Positions 38,463 to 49,636 of a DNA stretch of 64,000 bases are shown one piece after another. Within the stretch, counting starts at the first letter, position 1; every line of letters starts with the position of its first letter. The notes below the pieces were generated by a model. It made no database searches, was not told where the DNA came from, and worked only from the letters and a program-made list of their open reading frames with translations. The position numbers were made by a program, and so were the translations under genes. Where the stretch lies: positions 145,444-209,443 of IMG/VR virus record IMGVR_UViG_3300043446_003193; one strand, 5' to 3'.

Positions 38463-38876
38463 TTACTCAGAAAACCAAGAATCCGGTATTTCTTTATCTG
38501 CATACTTAAATCCGTGTTTATCACACCAATCTCCGTATGTAGTTTTGGATTTTTTGTTGATTTTATTCTTAGAATTGGAAAATACGAATCGTATATCTAA
38601 ATTAGGATTTTGTTCCTTTACCAGTAAGTGTTTCTTACGGTCTGCAATTACAAACCTACCCTTTGTTTCTACTCTTATCCCGTTTGGTAACTTAAAATCA
38701 GGATTGTAAGTATGTTCAGAAGCAGGTATAGTATAAGATACTTTTTCGGATTCATATTGAACCTCAATACCCCTAGCTGAAATTTGATTAGAAATGTTTT
38801 CTTCAAGACCTGACTTAAACCCATACTTTTTTGCAACCCATTTAGGATTGTTCTTTTTTGTAACTTTTTTAGCCAT
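38463..38876 (-). CDS. T7 endonuclease I-like Holliday junction resolvase
   Basis: FKSGLEE, YES.K, HTYNPDF.LPNGI.VETKGRF, DRKKHLL.KEQ.P.LDIRFVF. Confidence 0.93.
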   Translation of the reverse strand: MAKKVTKKNNPKWVAKKYGFKSGLEENISNQISARGIEVQYESEKVSYTIPASEHTYNPDFKLPNGIRVETKGRFVIADRKKHLLVKEQNPNLDIRFVFSNSKNKINKKSKTTYGDWCDKHGFKYADKEIPDSWFSE

Positions 38877-38881
38877 TAAGT

Positions 38882-39094
38882 TTATTTAGTTTTTAATGTG
38901 TCTGAGTATTTTTTCTCATTCACTTCTCCACCTCTACCTGTTTTAAATTTAGCCGCAGTTAATACTTGCTCATCTGCTTTTTTCAAATCATTTGTAGTAT
39001 ATGGAGTTTTTGCTGCAACACCAGCGTCAAATCCAATTTTATCAACACCTAATGCTGATTGTTGTGCTTTGTATGTATCTAATATTGTTGCCAT
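38882..39094 (-). CDS. Hypothetical protein
   Basis: 70 aa, preceded by the late motif at 39112-39120. Confidence 0.55.
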   Translation of the reverse strand: MATILDTYKAQQSALGVDKIGFDAGVAAKTPYTTNDLKKADEQVLTAAKFKTGRGGEVNEKKYSDTLKTK

Positions 39095-39124
39095 CTGTTT
39101 TGTATTTTAAATATAAATATAAGA

Positions 39125-40078
39125 TTATGTGTCAAATCGTACAATAAAATTAACTGTCAAATCATGTTCTGACTTTATTGGTTGTGGTAATTTTGCAACC
39201 GCCAATAAATCACAGTTATCATCATACAATCCAATTGTTGTAATAAATGGTGCTAAAAAAGAGCCAGTTGAATCTACCGAACTACTAACATCCCAATGAT
39301 CAAACCCACCTGATATAGCGGAATTTACAGATGAACCAAATCTATAATCTAATATATCACCATTTTCTAATACTGATTTTTTACGAATGTATTTTGCGGG
39401 TTGGGTTGTATATAATTTTTGTATTTTATTATCTGCTGTGTTTAATTCATATTCTCCACCAACACTAACTATTGCAGTTGGATTTGTTGAAACATTGAAT
39501 TCATCTTGCTCACAAATCAAAAGATATTCGTGCTCATAAATTGTTTCGGTAGATTTATATTGTATATCCCATGTACCACCTAATTTTGAATTAGAACCAC
39601 TTGTAATTACAACCAATCCTTGATTGTAAAATACATTTCCAATTCTATGATTACTTCCGCTCAATACTAAATTACTATACTTATCATCTACATAGTAAGT
39701 TCCACCATCATTTAATAAAACCGAACCCTTTTTTATTCCATCACCAATACAATTTTGTGGTATTGATATTACTTTTGCTGAACCACTTAAAAATCTTTCT
39801 GGATTTGTTTCATCATATACATTTGTTTTACTACCTAATCTATAAAATGGGTCATTTTCTTTTCCATTATAAAATTGGGCTCTAAGCTGTCCAAATACAG
39901 AATATTTGTTATATATTGACCCACTTAATAATCCGGTAGTAATTGTATTTGCATCATTAGATGTATAGTTACCATCTACTGCTTCCAATAGTGTAACTCC
40001 TGCTGATGTTTTATCCCATTCTTTATAAGCTTTGAATGGTCTAATACTAATATCTGATTTAGGTATTCTTTTTAACAT
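39125..40078 (-). CDS. Baseplate/tail-collar structural protein, paralogue of 40152..41375
   Basis: C-terminal FITTIGLYDD..DLLAVAKL. Confidence 0.6.
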   Translation of the reverse strand: MLKRIPKSDISIRPFKAYKEWDKTSAGVTLLEAVDGNYTSNDANTITTGLLSGSIYNKYSVFGQLRAQFYNGKENDPFYRLGSKTNVYDETNPERFLSGSAKVISIPQNCIGDGIKKGSVLLNDGGTYYVDDKYSNLVLSGSNHRIGNVFYNQGLVVITSGSNSKLGGTWDIQYKSTETIYEHEYLLICEQDEFNVSTNPTAIVSVGGEYELNTADNKIQKLYTTQPAKYIRKKSVLENGDILDYRFGSSVNSAISGGFDHWDVSSSVDSTGSFLAPFITTIGLYDDNCDLLAVAKLPQPIKSEHDLTVNFIVRFDT

Positions 40079-40096
40079 ATCGTATATAAATATCTC

Positions 40097-40137
40097 AAAA
40101 CTAAAAACCCACCAAATTAAGGTGGGTCATAGTTTTT
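40097..40137 (-). terminator. Rho-independent terminator
   Basis: ACCCACC-7 nt-GGTGGGT stem followed by a U tract on the minus strand. Confidence 0.75.
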
Positions 40138-40151
40138 ATTTTATTCTCCGA

Positions 40152-41375
40152 TTAGAAGTCTAATTTAACTTTGATTGCAATCTCTTTATCAAAAGATTTT
40201 TCAATTGGTTTTGAAGTTTTAGCTACTGCTAATAATTCATTTGCGTCATCATACAATCCAACAGTTGTAATGAAAACCTTAGGGTCTTTTTCAAATGTTG
40301 ATTGAACGAATTGTCCAACTGAACCAGTTACGAATGTTGGGTTATTTGAGAAGTTAAATTCTCTATTGTTTGCTCTTACGAAATAATGAGAGGTTGAAAC
40401 ATTCTCAGTTCTACGAGCTTGGAAATCTGCACCTAAATTAATTGCTTTAAATAAATTGATAGAACCAGTTAAGTTGTGATAAACACCACTTTGAGAACTA
40501 GTTGCACCCGCTAAATTACCACCAACACTTGCACTTATTGCAGATGGGTTTAATAAGATAACACCCATATCAGGATAGAATAAACCATATCCTTTACCAT
40601 TTGATGCTGTGTATGTACTAATAGATGATGTTAAAGCAGAACCAATGTTTAATGAACCACTAACAATATTATAAACTCTACCTGCAGTTGTTACATTCTC
40701 ATCTGTACCACCACTATCATCAATTAATGTAATTAAACCAACTGAACCAGAAAGTTTCAATGAGAAGTTTCCTGGGTCCAATCTTTCTTTATATCTTGCT
40801 CTATTTACATTAATTGCGTAGAAATTAGTTAAATCGTGTCCAGCTGCAGTTGAACCACTATATACACTAAAGTACGGGTCAGCAGAATCTAATAATACAT
40901 TTCTAAATTGGTTATAAACCGCTTTAGTAGGCATTGTAGATGAATCATCTTGTGTTAATGTTGGTGCACCATATCCATCAACATCACCATACGCAATTGA
41001 GAATTGAACCTCTGCTGTATCTGATGATGGAGTTGCGTTATAAACATCAATATAGTACTTACCACTTGCATCTGCAACTTGTGTTGAAGATGTATAGGCA
41101 ACTGTCAATGAACCGGTATCACCACTCCATATACCAGAAGTTACTATTTCTGTTTTGTTAGTTACTTTATCAATTGCACCAAATTTTTTATAAATACCAT
41201 TTGAAATAGTATTTGTATCTGCACTAATTTGTTCTCCTTGTCCTAAAAATGTGTTTACGATTCTAACTAATTCGTTAGTATCTACCGGAGTACCTGTTGT
41301 ATTTGCAGCAGTCGCTAAGTACTGTGATAAGTTACTTGCTAAAAGGGCTCCTCTATTGTCTCTTATTAATGCCAT
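40152..41375 (-). CDS. Baseplate/tail-collar structural protein
   Basis: C-terminal FITTVGLYDDANELLAVAK. Confidence 0.6.
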   Translation of the reverse strand: MALIRDNRGALLASNLSQYLATAANTTGTPVDTNELVRIVNTFLGQGEQISADTNTISNGIYKKFGAIDKVTNKTEIVTSGIWSGDTGSLTVAYTSSTQVADASGKYYIDVYNATPSSDTAEVQFSIAYGDVDGYGAPTLTQDDSSTMPTKAVYNQFRNVLLDSADPYFSVYSGSTAAGHDLTNFYAINVNRARYKERLDPGNFSLKLSGSVGLITLIDDSGGTDENVTTAGRVYNIVSGSLNIGSALTSSISTYTASNGKGYGLFYPDMGVILLNPSAISASVGGNLAGATSSQSGVYHNLTGSINLFKAINLGADFQARRTENVSTSHYFVRANNREFNFSNNPTFVTGSVGQFVQSTFEKDPKVFITTVGLYDDANELLAVAKTSKPIEKSFDKEIAIKVKLDF

Positions 41376-41383
41376 AGTTTATA

Positions 41384-42007
41384 TTATTGAACGTAAGTTA
41401 CTGTTACTGGAATAGTTTGTGAACCACCCGTTTCATTACCATAAACTGTGATTGTAGTTTTGATAGTAGATGTTAATGAACGGTTAGGAATAAATTTGAA
41501 AGATAAACCTTTAGCGATAGCTGCTGTTGCAGATACATCATCACCAATGAATACTGGTACTGAACCTACGTCAGATGTTACACCTTCACCTACAATATCA
41601 CCTGCGTTTTTATTTGCCAATAGAATTGTATATCCTAAACTTCTATTTCCCGCTGGAGATGTAGTTGGTGATAAAGCAACTTCACCACTTCTTTGATTTA
41701 CTGAAATATTAGGAACACCAAATTCAACAACAGGAATTCTAGTTGTGCTTTTTGGTAATGTTACTAATTTGTATTTCATTACTTGAGTTTCATCTGGATT
41801 AGCTTCCAACACTGGCATATTTTTAATTGCCGCGTCGTAATATGCAGAACCCAATGGATGAGCTGGCTCATATAAACTGTAATCAATTTCATCATCTGCT
41901 AAAGCAAATTGAGTGATGTTAATTCCTCCACCTGCTGCTAATTTCTCTCTACCTTTTTTGGTAAGAATAGCATCTACTGTTAATTCGGTGTTACTTAAAT
42001 ATCCCAT
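41384..42007 (-). CDS. Baseplate/tail-collar structural protein
   Basis: N-terminal ILTKKGREKLA....ITQFALAD. Confidence 0.55.
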   Translation of the reverse strand: MGYLSNTELTVDAILTKKGREKLAAGGGINITQFALADDEIDYSLYEPAHPLGSAYYDAAIKNMPVLEANPDETQVMKYKLVTLPKSTTRIPVVEFGVPNISVNQRSGEVALSPTTSPAGNRSLGYTILLANKNAGDIVGEGVTSDVGSVPVFIGDDVSATAAIAKGLSFKFIPNRSLTSTIKTTITVYGNETGGSQTIPVTVTYVQ

Positions 42008-42055
42008 AGTATTGTATTAATCGTTTGATATAAATATAATAATTTTCAAATTCCG

Positions 42056-45000
42056 TTATTCTACTTCCAAAATTGGTTCACTTGCATCTCTACCTGCCTT
42101 ATTAACTCTCAATGTATTAGGATTAGTAGTAAATACTTCTACTGGAGGAGTACCGTCTAATGTAGTCGCTGCAGTATTTTTGGAACCTCTAAAGAAAGAA
42201 TTTTCTAATCCTCTTGTTAAATCGGAAGTATTTCTAAAGTGAGTAGGTAAGTATCCATTTAATGGAGTTACACTAACAATACTTCCAGTTCCTGCATTTA
42301 TAGTTTTTGAACCAGAAAATGGTTGTACATTTAAATATGTTTCATAATATACAGAAGATGTTAGTTCAACTCCACCTCTTTCATCTCCCTTACCATTAAC
42401 AACCACTTTATATTTAACAATATCTCTTCTTTTTTGTTCTTTAATTAAATCAACTTTGATTCTTTCTTTTACCGTTCTATTATTTTCATCAATATATGTT
42501 CTAATAGCATATCCGTTTTGTGCATATATTCCGAATCCAATTGTTTCATAATCAGTTTGACCAACTACAATATTTGAATTAATAATATCAATTTCACTAA
42601 GAATAGTTGGATTTGCTAAACCAGCATCTATTGAAGCAGTTTTTTGATAGTAATCCGCTGTATTTGATGTTTCATATCCTATATTTGTTTCGTATTGATA
42701 TGAATCTGAACTTATTCTCTCAATTGAACCGGTGTAAATTATACCTTCGTATTGTTCATTTTCTCCAGAAACTTTTTCTCCTAAATTAGCATCAATTAAT
42801 GCTTCTTTTTGAGTATTTTCTGCTAAAACAAAAGTAGTATCATTATAATGTATATCAACTTCATGTTGTTCGTTTTCTGCGGTAGGTTTACTTTTCGCTA
42901 TTTTACTTCTTTCTAAGAAATGTGGTTCAATCAATAAACCAGTAGTTGCTTTAACTCTTGCCGGCAACATTTTCTTAATATCTTCAAACATTGATTTCTC
43001 ATATAGTTTGATTAAGTTAATGTATTGGTATATATCTCTACCATCAAATCTTTGGAAATAATAGTGTCTTAAATCATCTAATCTTTTATATCTGTCTTTG
43101 TATCTATCAGATGGGTCACCAATATAATTATCCAAATTCAATCCACCCAAAGATTTTGCAATATCAATATTCAATTCTTTTGTAGGAGAAAAGAATAAAC
43201 CAACTCTATTAGAATCAGTAGGAGATTGGTCAAATGCCTTTTTAGTTGCTCTACTCTTATAAGATAAATCAACTCCAACACTTCCAGATATTTCTTCTCC
43301 TGTCAATGTATATTGTGATTCAAATCTAACTTTATTTGTTGAATAACGAGAAGAACCCGCATCTGGCATTTCTACTACAACCGTTCTATCTATTACTTCA
43401 AATTGATATGGGTATGTGTAAGAAGCTGGGAAATTATAAGCAGATGCACTATATGAAGCCGAAGGGTTTACAGAATACAATTCAGTTTGTAAACCATCTT
43501 CATAATCATTTCTAGTTGTGCTTCCGCTGAAATAGATGTTAGCATCTACATTTATCAAAGAAGATGTTGCCGCTAAATTCTTTGGATATTCAAAATCTAA
43601 ACGGAAATATAAATCATCAGTTGATGCCGATACGTGGTTTCCATTAACCATTTCAGGGAATGAAACGTGCTCATAGAATCTTTCTTTATCCAATGGTGTA
43701 GACCATAAACGGAATTCATCCACACTTCCTACAAAATCATTTCCCAATCTAATATAAGAACCATTATTCCAAGAAGAGTTTGTGTCTGCTATACTTGAAG
43801 AAACAGATTGTTGAAATATACTTCTTTCTTTTTCGGCTTGTCTAATGTTTAATTCAAAATTATGATAACTACCACTTACCTCTCTACTAACTTCAATACC
43901 AAAAAATTTATTATTAAATATTGGTAATAATGATGATGATATAGCTCCACCACCATAACTAAATGTAAGAACACCAGTTTCTCCACTACCACTCATATTT
44001 AAAACCATTCCGTTATCGCTCGTAATAACATTATAATTCCCCGCAGTAGTAGGTTTTACAAAAAATTCTATTGTATCTGGTTTTCTATTTCTTTCTGTAT
44101 TTCTCCACTCAAATTCAACATACGAACCAGATGTTATTTTTAATCCGGTTGTTATATTATCAAATTCATATTTTCCTTTACTTTCATCCGATACCTCTGG
44201 TCCACCAAATTCTAAAATTGAAAGATTTGATGATGGGATACCATAACATGCCATTAATGCGTATATACCTCTTCTGGTTCCTTTATGTTTTAAAAGATAT
44301 GGTAAGTTGTTTACAATTCTTCTCCATACTTCATATGTTCTTTTTTTAGCAGGAGTTTGGTATTTAACACTACCATTTGAATCTAATCCAAATGCGTATT
44401 CCCAAAGTTTTGAATCGGCTGCCAAATTCTTTGCATCCCAACCGAATGATTTAAGGGTATCAAATAGTATTTTATCAGATATTCCACCATTTGCTTTATA
44501 ACCCAAACCTCTACCTTTTTCAATTGCTTTAGTATGGTAATAAATGTTATCAAAGTGTTGTCCAATCATTGAAAAGAATAATAATAAACTATCATTTTCT
44601 GCATTGGTAACAATATATTGTGGAATATTGTTTTGAACCCAATTTGAATTTTGTATATCGTATGTTTCTGCTAATTCAATTATATTCTCGTACCAATTAG
44701 TAACAGTTGCTGTTGATGAATTTAATCTAGTTGTTCCATTATACGGCCAGGTTAAAGAACTTGCAGTTGATAATGTAAATGAAGAAGATGTGTATAAGAA
44801 TTTTTCAAATCCATCAAATCCTTGTATTATTTGATTTTTCTTTATAGTTTGTCTTTCTTTTTCGTTCAATTCTGCTATTGAACCTGCACCAACCGATGCA
44901 CTAAGAATTAAATTTTCATATAATTCTATTAATTGAACTTTATATACAAAATTATCAACTCTTTCTTTTGCAGAACTAAAGTGTACAAAATTGTTCCATA

Positions 45001-47089
45001 GATAAGCCGAACCACTTGCATACTCAATGTTTAATGAATCGGTATCAATGAAAGAAGAACTTAAATATGTTGATACTAAATTTGCAGATGAACTGACAGA
45101 ACCACTTAATATTAAATCATCTAAAGATTCATATCCGGTTGATTTACCAGTAACAAAATCTACTTCTACATTGAAATTAGGCCCTTTTATTGGTGGACAC
45201 TTAACATCATCTTGTTCGTTTAATACAACCGTCTCAATTAATGGGTTTGTAAGTAATTTTGTAATCCAAAAAGTTGAATTAGTATTTATACCAGCAGGAA
45301 GTGGTGAATATAATTTTAATATTGTAGATTTAACTTCTTTATCAACAATTTCATTTCCTAATGTATCTTGTTTCTTTGATGATAATGTCCAGTTGTCCTC
45401 TTCCCAAGATGTAATCAATACCTGATCAGCATTTCCAAAATTAGCTAAGTGAGTAAGATACTTACTTTCTTTTTCTGGTTCAAGAAATTTTAATTTTTCT
45501 ATGAACGCATCATATATTGATTTTTTAATAATATCTTCATCTAATTTAATAGCAGGATATAGAATATCTGTTTTAATTTCATATTCATTTCCAACTAATT
45601 CTATTTCACCAGATTTATTATATGGTTTTAAAATAAGTGTTACATTATCATTACCATTCCATTTTGGATATTTTTCTGCTAATGTTCTAAGATTAATTTT
45701 AAAACTACCATTTGGTGTTAAATTCTTTAATAAAGAAACTTTAGTTTTATCTTTTAATAATAAATCAACATCAACACTAGAAACTGCAAATGTTTTATAA
45801 GTTACATTATAATCTATTTGTAAATCTGAAAATGATGGTACATCTATTGTATCTGGAAAAGATATCTCTGTTATTGATGGAAAATCATTAACAGTTGCAA
45901 AGTTTATTATAACTTCTACTTTATCACCGGTTCCATAAGTATTTCCTATTGGAACTAAATAAATTTTCTTTTGGCCAAATATTCCTTTGAAATTATTTTT
46001 AAAAGACAATTTTACAAATCCATCCGCAGGGTTTACTCTTACTACATTATCTTGAGTAATGTATACGTCAATAAAATCAGAATTAGTTGAAGTAAAATCT
46101 ATATTGATAAAAGTATCAGAATCCGAATCTTTTACTTGCTTTGCATATGAAGTTGTAGTTAAATTGATTGTAGGCTTTGGAACTGCAATTTCTTTTTCTA
46201 AAGCAACATAAACAGCAACTCCACCTTTTTCTAATTCTTTTGCAGATACTTTAAAATTAATTGTAGTTTCTGTCCATTTTGAAAAATCGGTTGGATATGT
46301 TTCTGCAATGTTTTTAGATGTATAATAAAATTTTGTATAAGAAAAACCCGCTGGCAATGACCCGTTTATTGTAAAATATATTTCTGATTTTTCAATATTT
46401 GCAGAACTAATCTTTTTACCATCTGTATCTGATGAACTGAGTTTTAAAGAATCAGAATCTACTATATCACTACCATTTACAATTTTATAATCTAATTTTA
46501 ATATATCTCCTAATTCATTTTTAAAATTAGAATTAAATGCTATTTCATAGTTTTTAAGAGTAGGAGTAGAAACAGCATCTTGTGTAGATGATACGGCTGT
46601 TGGTTTAAATGAAAAATAAAGATTTTCACTTATAGTTGTTGTTAATAATTGTTTACTATTAATTTCTACATAATCCGTATTACTATTTTCTTTTAAACCG
46701 AACTCTTTAATTATAATTCTTTCTTGAAATGTTTGTTGACCTGTTACAAAATTATATCCACTCGGTACAGAGTCAATCCTTACATCAAAATAATTTTTTG
46801 CTATTTTTCCATCAATTTTAGCATAATATTTTCTATTACTTCCAAACGTTAAAGATGGAGAAAATTGGGATGTTACTGACAATCCTGATCCTAAACTCGT
46901 TGTTCCATCAAAAAATTCTGCATTTTCGTTAGAAGAAAGATACAATTTTATAACACCATTTGTATTAACATTGGTATCAGTATTTGATGATGTTGTTCCA
47001 CCACCACCTCCACCTGTTAAACTTTCATCAGTTCCAATTGGATCATTTGGTGCTGCCATTTTATATCTTCTATCGTATCTTATTGACAT
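42056..47089 (-). CDS. Large baseplate wedge-like protein with LamG-like domain
   Basis: NLPYLLKHKGTRRGI (wedge/gpI-like), TIEFFVK...FVGSVDEFRLW; in the baseplate cluster. Confidence 0.6.
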   Translation of the reverse strand: MSIRYDRRYKMAAPNDPIGTDESLTGGGGGGTTSSNTDTNVNTNGVIKLYLSSNENAEFFDGTTSLGSGLSVTSQFSPSLTFGSNRKYYAKIDGKIAKNYFDVRIDSVPSGYNFVTGQQTFQERIIIKEFGLKENSNTDYVEINSKQLLTTTISENLYFSFKPTAVSSTQDAVSTPTLKNYEIAFNSNFKNELGDILKLDYKIVNGSDIVDSDSLKLSSSDTDGKKISSANIEKSEIYFTINGSLPAGFSYTKFYYTSKNIAETYPTDFSKWTETTINFKVSAKELEKGGVAVYVALEKEIAVPKPTINLTTTSYAKQVKDSDSDTFINIDFTSTNSDFIDVYITQDNVVRVNPADGFVKLSFKNNFKGIFGQKKIYLVPIGNTYGTGDKVEVIINFATVNDFPSITEISFPDTIDVPSFSDLQIDYNVTYKTFAVSSVDVDLLLKDKTKVSLLKNLTPNGSFKINLRTLAEKYPKWNGNDNVTLILKPYNKSGEIELVGNEYEIKTDILYPAIKLDEDIIKKSIYDAFIEKLKFLEPEKESKYLTHLANFGNADQVLITSWEEDNWTLSSKKQDTLGNEIVDKEVKSTILKLYSPLPAGINTNSTFWITKLLTNPLIETVVLNEQDDVKCPPIKGPNFNVEVDFVTGKSTGYESLDDLILSGSVSSSANLVSTYLSSSFIDTDSLNIEYASGSAYLWNNFVHFSSAKERVDNFVYKVQLIELYENLILSASVGAGSIAELNEKERQTIKKNQIIQGFDGFEKFLYTSSSFTLSTASSLTWPYNGTTRLNSSTATVTNWYENIIELAETYDIQNSNWVQNNIPQYIVTNAENDSLLLFFSMIGQHFDNIYYHTKAIEKGRGLGYKANGGISDKILFDTLKSFGWDAKNLAADSKLWEYAFGLDSNGSVKYQTPAKKRTYEVWRRIVNNLPYLLKHKGTRRGIYALMACYGIPSSNLSILEFGGPEVSDESKGKYEFDNITTGLKITSGSYVEFEWRNTERNRKPDTIEFFVKPTTAGNYNVITSDNGMVLNMSGSGETGVLTFSYGGGAISSSLLPIFNNKFFGIEVSREVSGSYHNFELNIRQAEKERSIFQQSVSSSIADTNSSWNNGSYIRLGNDFVGSVDEFRLWSTPLDKERFYEHVSFPEMVNGNHVSASTDDLYFRLDFEYPKNLAATSSLINVDANIYFSGSTTRNDYEDGLQTELYSVNPSASYSASAYNFPASYTYPYQFEVIDRTVVVEMPDAGSSRYSTNKVRFESQYTLTGEEISGSVGVDLSYKSRATKKAFDQSPTDSNRVGLFFSPTKELNIDIAKSLGGLNLDNYIGDPSDRYKDRYKRLDDLRHYYFQRFDGRDIYQYINLIKLYEKSMFEDIKKMLPARVKATTGLLIEPHFLERSKIAKSKPTAENEQHEVDIHYNDTTFVLAENTQKEALIDANLGEKVSGENEQYEGIIYTGSIERISSDSYQYETNIGYETSNTADYYQKTASIDAGLANPTILSEIDIINSNIVVGQTDYETIGFGIYAQNGYAIRTYIDENNRTVKERIKVDLIKEQKRRDIVKYKVVVNGKGDERGGVELTSSVYYETYLNVQPFSGSKTINAGTGSIVSVTPLNGYLPTHFRNTSDLTRGLENSFFRGSKNTAATTLDGTPPVEVFTTNPNTLRVNKAGRDASEPILEVE

Positions 47090-47116
47090 CTATTCTTTTT
47101 TATAAATATTTTTATT

Positions 47117-48466
47117 TTATTTTTGTGCATCTTCGTATCTAGGACGATTTACAACATCTCCATAGTTTGAATCCCATGGATTTCCCATACTACCACCACC
47201 GGTATATATTTCTCTAGTATACCCGCCTCCGCCTCCACCGGATGCTCCAGAACTCACACCACCTTTAGATGGTGGAGGGGTTGGTACATATCCACATGTC
47301 AAAGAATTTGTTTCAATCAATTCTTCATACGAACCACCATTTCCATTTGCGTAATTTCCATATTGGTCATATCCTTTACAAAATGTATTTAATAAAGTTC
47401 CTTTTGCCGGATATTCTGGAGTTGGAGCAGGTGTAGTTGCAACATCATTAAATGTTGTAGCAGTTCCATCTGGAGAATATACATTTCGTTTAATATCAGA
47501 AACTATATTAAATGCTTCTAAATTATCTTGAATTTGTTTTTGTAATTCAACAACTGCGAATTCTTTTGGTAATTCTTTTACTCCAATCTCTCTTCTTTTT
47601 AAAGATTGTAAATTATATTCAATACATTTATATAAAATAGATTGTACTTCATTTACTAAAGTAGAGAATTCATAGGTATCACAATCACCAAATCTTTCTC
47701 CGGCCGGCTGACCAAAATTTGATTGAGTTATATCATAATTTTTATTATAAAGATAGTATTCTGTTGATTCTTTAAAATCATTAAATATTTTCTTTTTTAC
47801 CAAATCAAATTTACTTAAACCAAAATCTTTTTTAAGAATATTGAAAAAATCTTTACCATATTTACTTTCTAATGATGCATCAATTTTATCTAAAAAAGTA
47901 CTTTGAAAAGAAGTTATTAAATCAAGTACATTATTTTTATAATATTTGTATTCTTTATTTAATCTTTGTAAATTATCTATTTCTTTTTTTGTTTTTTGAT
48001 TTATTGTAGCCTCTTTTGTTTTCAAAGGAAGAATACGAATTTCTTCTCTTGATGGGGATATTTCCTGAATCCATACTCTTTCTAATTCATTTTCACTTCC
48101 CACTTTGTATCTTACAAAATTTATATTAACTTTAAGAATACCATTTGTAAATCCTAAATCTTTTAATAATTTTTCTATATCAATTGCAAGTTCTTTTTGA
48201 CCACCTTTATTGGTAATATTATACATATAATTTTTAATATCACCAGTTTTTATATATGCAACATTTTTACCTGATTTTTGTGGTAATAAGTTATTATTAA
48301 TATCATAAACAGATACTTCCATAACATCATACTTACAATCACCAAAATCGGTTTCTTTTATTTGCTCTTTTGATACAATAAATAAATCATCCTTTTCAAT
48401 GAATTTACCTTCATTTTCAGATTTATCATTTAATTGTTCAATATTTGTATATTTTTTAATGCTCAT
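47117..48466 (-). CDS. Putative baseplate structural protein
   Basis: IQEISPSREEIRI motif; Pro/Gly-rich tail; operon context. Confidence 0.5.
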   Translation of the reverse strand: MSIKKYTNIEQLNDKSENEGKFIEKDDLFIVSKEQIKETDFGDCKYDVMEVSVYDINNNLLPQKSGKNVAYIKTGDIKNYMYNITNKGGQKELAIDIEKLLKDLGFTNGILKVNINFVRYKVGSENELERVWIQEISPSREEIRILPLKTKEATINQKTKKEIDNLQRLNKEYKYYKNNVLDLITSFQSTFLDKIDASLESKYGKDFFNILKKDFGLSKFDLVKKKIFNDFKESTEYYLYNKNYDITQSNFGQPAGERFGDCDTYEFSTLVNEVQSILYKCIEYNLQSLKRREIGVKELPKEFAVVELQKQIQDNLEAFNIVSDIKRNVYSPDGTATTFNDVATTPAPTPEYPAKGTLLNTFCKGYDQYGNYANGNGGSYEELIETNSLTCGYVPTPPPSKGGVSSGASGGGGGGYTREIYTGGGSMGNPWDSNYGDVVNRPRYEDAQK

Positions 48467-48478
48467 AATTTATTTATA

Positions 48479-49636
48479 TTAGAAAGATTTTGGATGCATC
48501 TTTCCAAATCTTGTTTTATAATCCTTTGATTCAGTTGTACCATCTGCTTTTGTAACAGATACCGTCATAGTTGAATCATAACTTACACTATGTGAGTTGC
48601 CATATAATGGAAAACCTCCTGGTTTTGAATCTATTCCATCACCCGCTTTGTGATCAATTCTAAGTTGTATATCTTTAGTACCTCCAGGTGGTAAACTAAA
48701 CTGTGTTTCAGGAATAATTAACCAATCAGGATTTCTTCCGATTCCACTTGGTTTAGTGTGACTTATTTTTACGGTTGCGGCCGCTTTATCATTATTGGTA
48801 AACTTTAATGTTCCACCGGTTGACCATCTAACTTCGCTACTACCTGATTTTCCATTACCTCTTAATTTAACATCTTTATCTTCAGTAGGGCCGTCTATTT
48901 TTAATATAACTGCTTTATTAATTGCGTCTGCTCCAGATGCCAATGCAGTATTTGTAGTTGATTGTTGAATCGCTTGTTGTTGTTGAACCGCACCTAATTG
49001 TGCCTGTAAACCTTCAATGATTGAATTCAATGAATCAATTTGTTTAATTAATGCTTCAATTTGTGCTTTAAATCCAGTATTTTGTGATTGTAAAGAAGCT
49101 CTTAAAATAGATTCATCAATTGATTTTTGAACTGCTGATTGTATTTGATTTGAAAAATCTTGTATAGTTCCAGTTAAAGTATCAATTTGGTTAACCAATG
49201 TATCGTTTGTTTGATCAACTGATAATCTATTATTTATTTCAGTTTGAACCTGTGATTTTAAAGTAACTATCTGGGAATTAAGTGCTTCAACTTTTGCAGT
49301 TAATGATTGAACTTGCTTTCTTAAATCTTCTACTAAAGCAACTTGCTCATCATATAAAGGTTTTGGAACGAGATTTAAATTACGTTCTGGTATTACTGGT
49401 TTTAATTCTTTTACCTCAACATCAATTGCTTTTAATATTTCTTCTTCATCATACTTTGGTGCAGTTAATGATTTAAATAACAAAGAAGATGCAACATTTT
49501 TTTCATCAACAACTGTTACACCATATTCGTTTTTAGAAACAGCAGAACTTCCCGATACTCTCAATACACTTTCAAGTTCAGAACTTCTTGTTTCATCTAA
49601 TTTTTGAGCAATTGCTTCCAATGATGTTAATGCCAT
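48479..49636 (-). CDS. Coiled-coil structural protein with C-terminal Ig-like domain
   Basis: Heptad Q/L-rich middle; beta-rich C-terminus. Confidence 0.5.
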   Translation of the reverse strand: MALTSLEAIAQKLDETRSSELESVLRVSGSSAVSKNEYGVTVVDEKNVASSLLFKSLTAPKYDEEEILKAIDVEVKELKPVIPERNLNLVPKPLYDEQVALVEDLRKQVQSLTAKVEALNSQIVTLKSQVQTEINNRLSVDQTNDTLVNQIDTLTGTIQDFSNQIQSAVQKSIDESILRASLQSQNTGFKAQIEALIKQIDSLNSIIEGLQAQLGAVQQQQAIQQSTTNTALASGADAINKAVILKIDGPTEDKDVKLRGNGKSGSSEVRWSTGGTLKFTNNDKAAATVKISHTKPSGIGRNPDWLIIPETQFSLPPGGTKDIQLRIDHKAGDGIDSKPGGFPLYGNSHSVSYDSTMTVSVTKADGTTESKDYKTRFGKMHPKSF

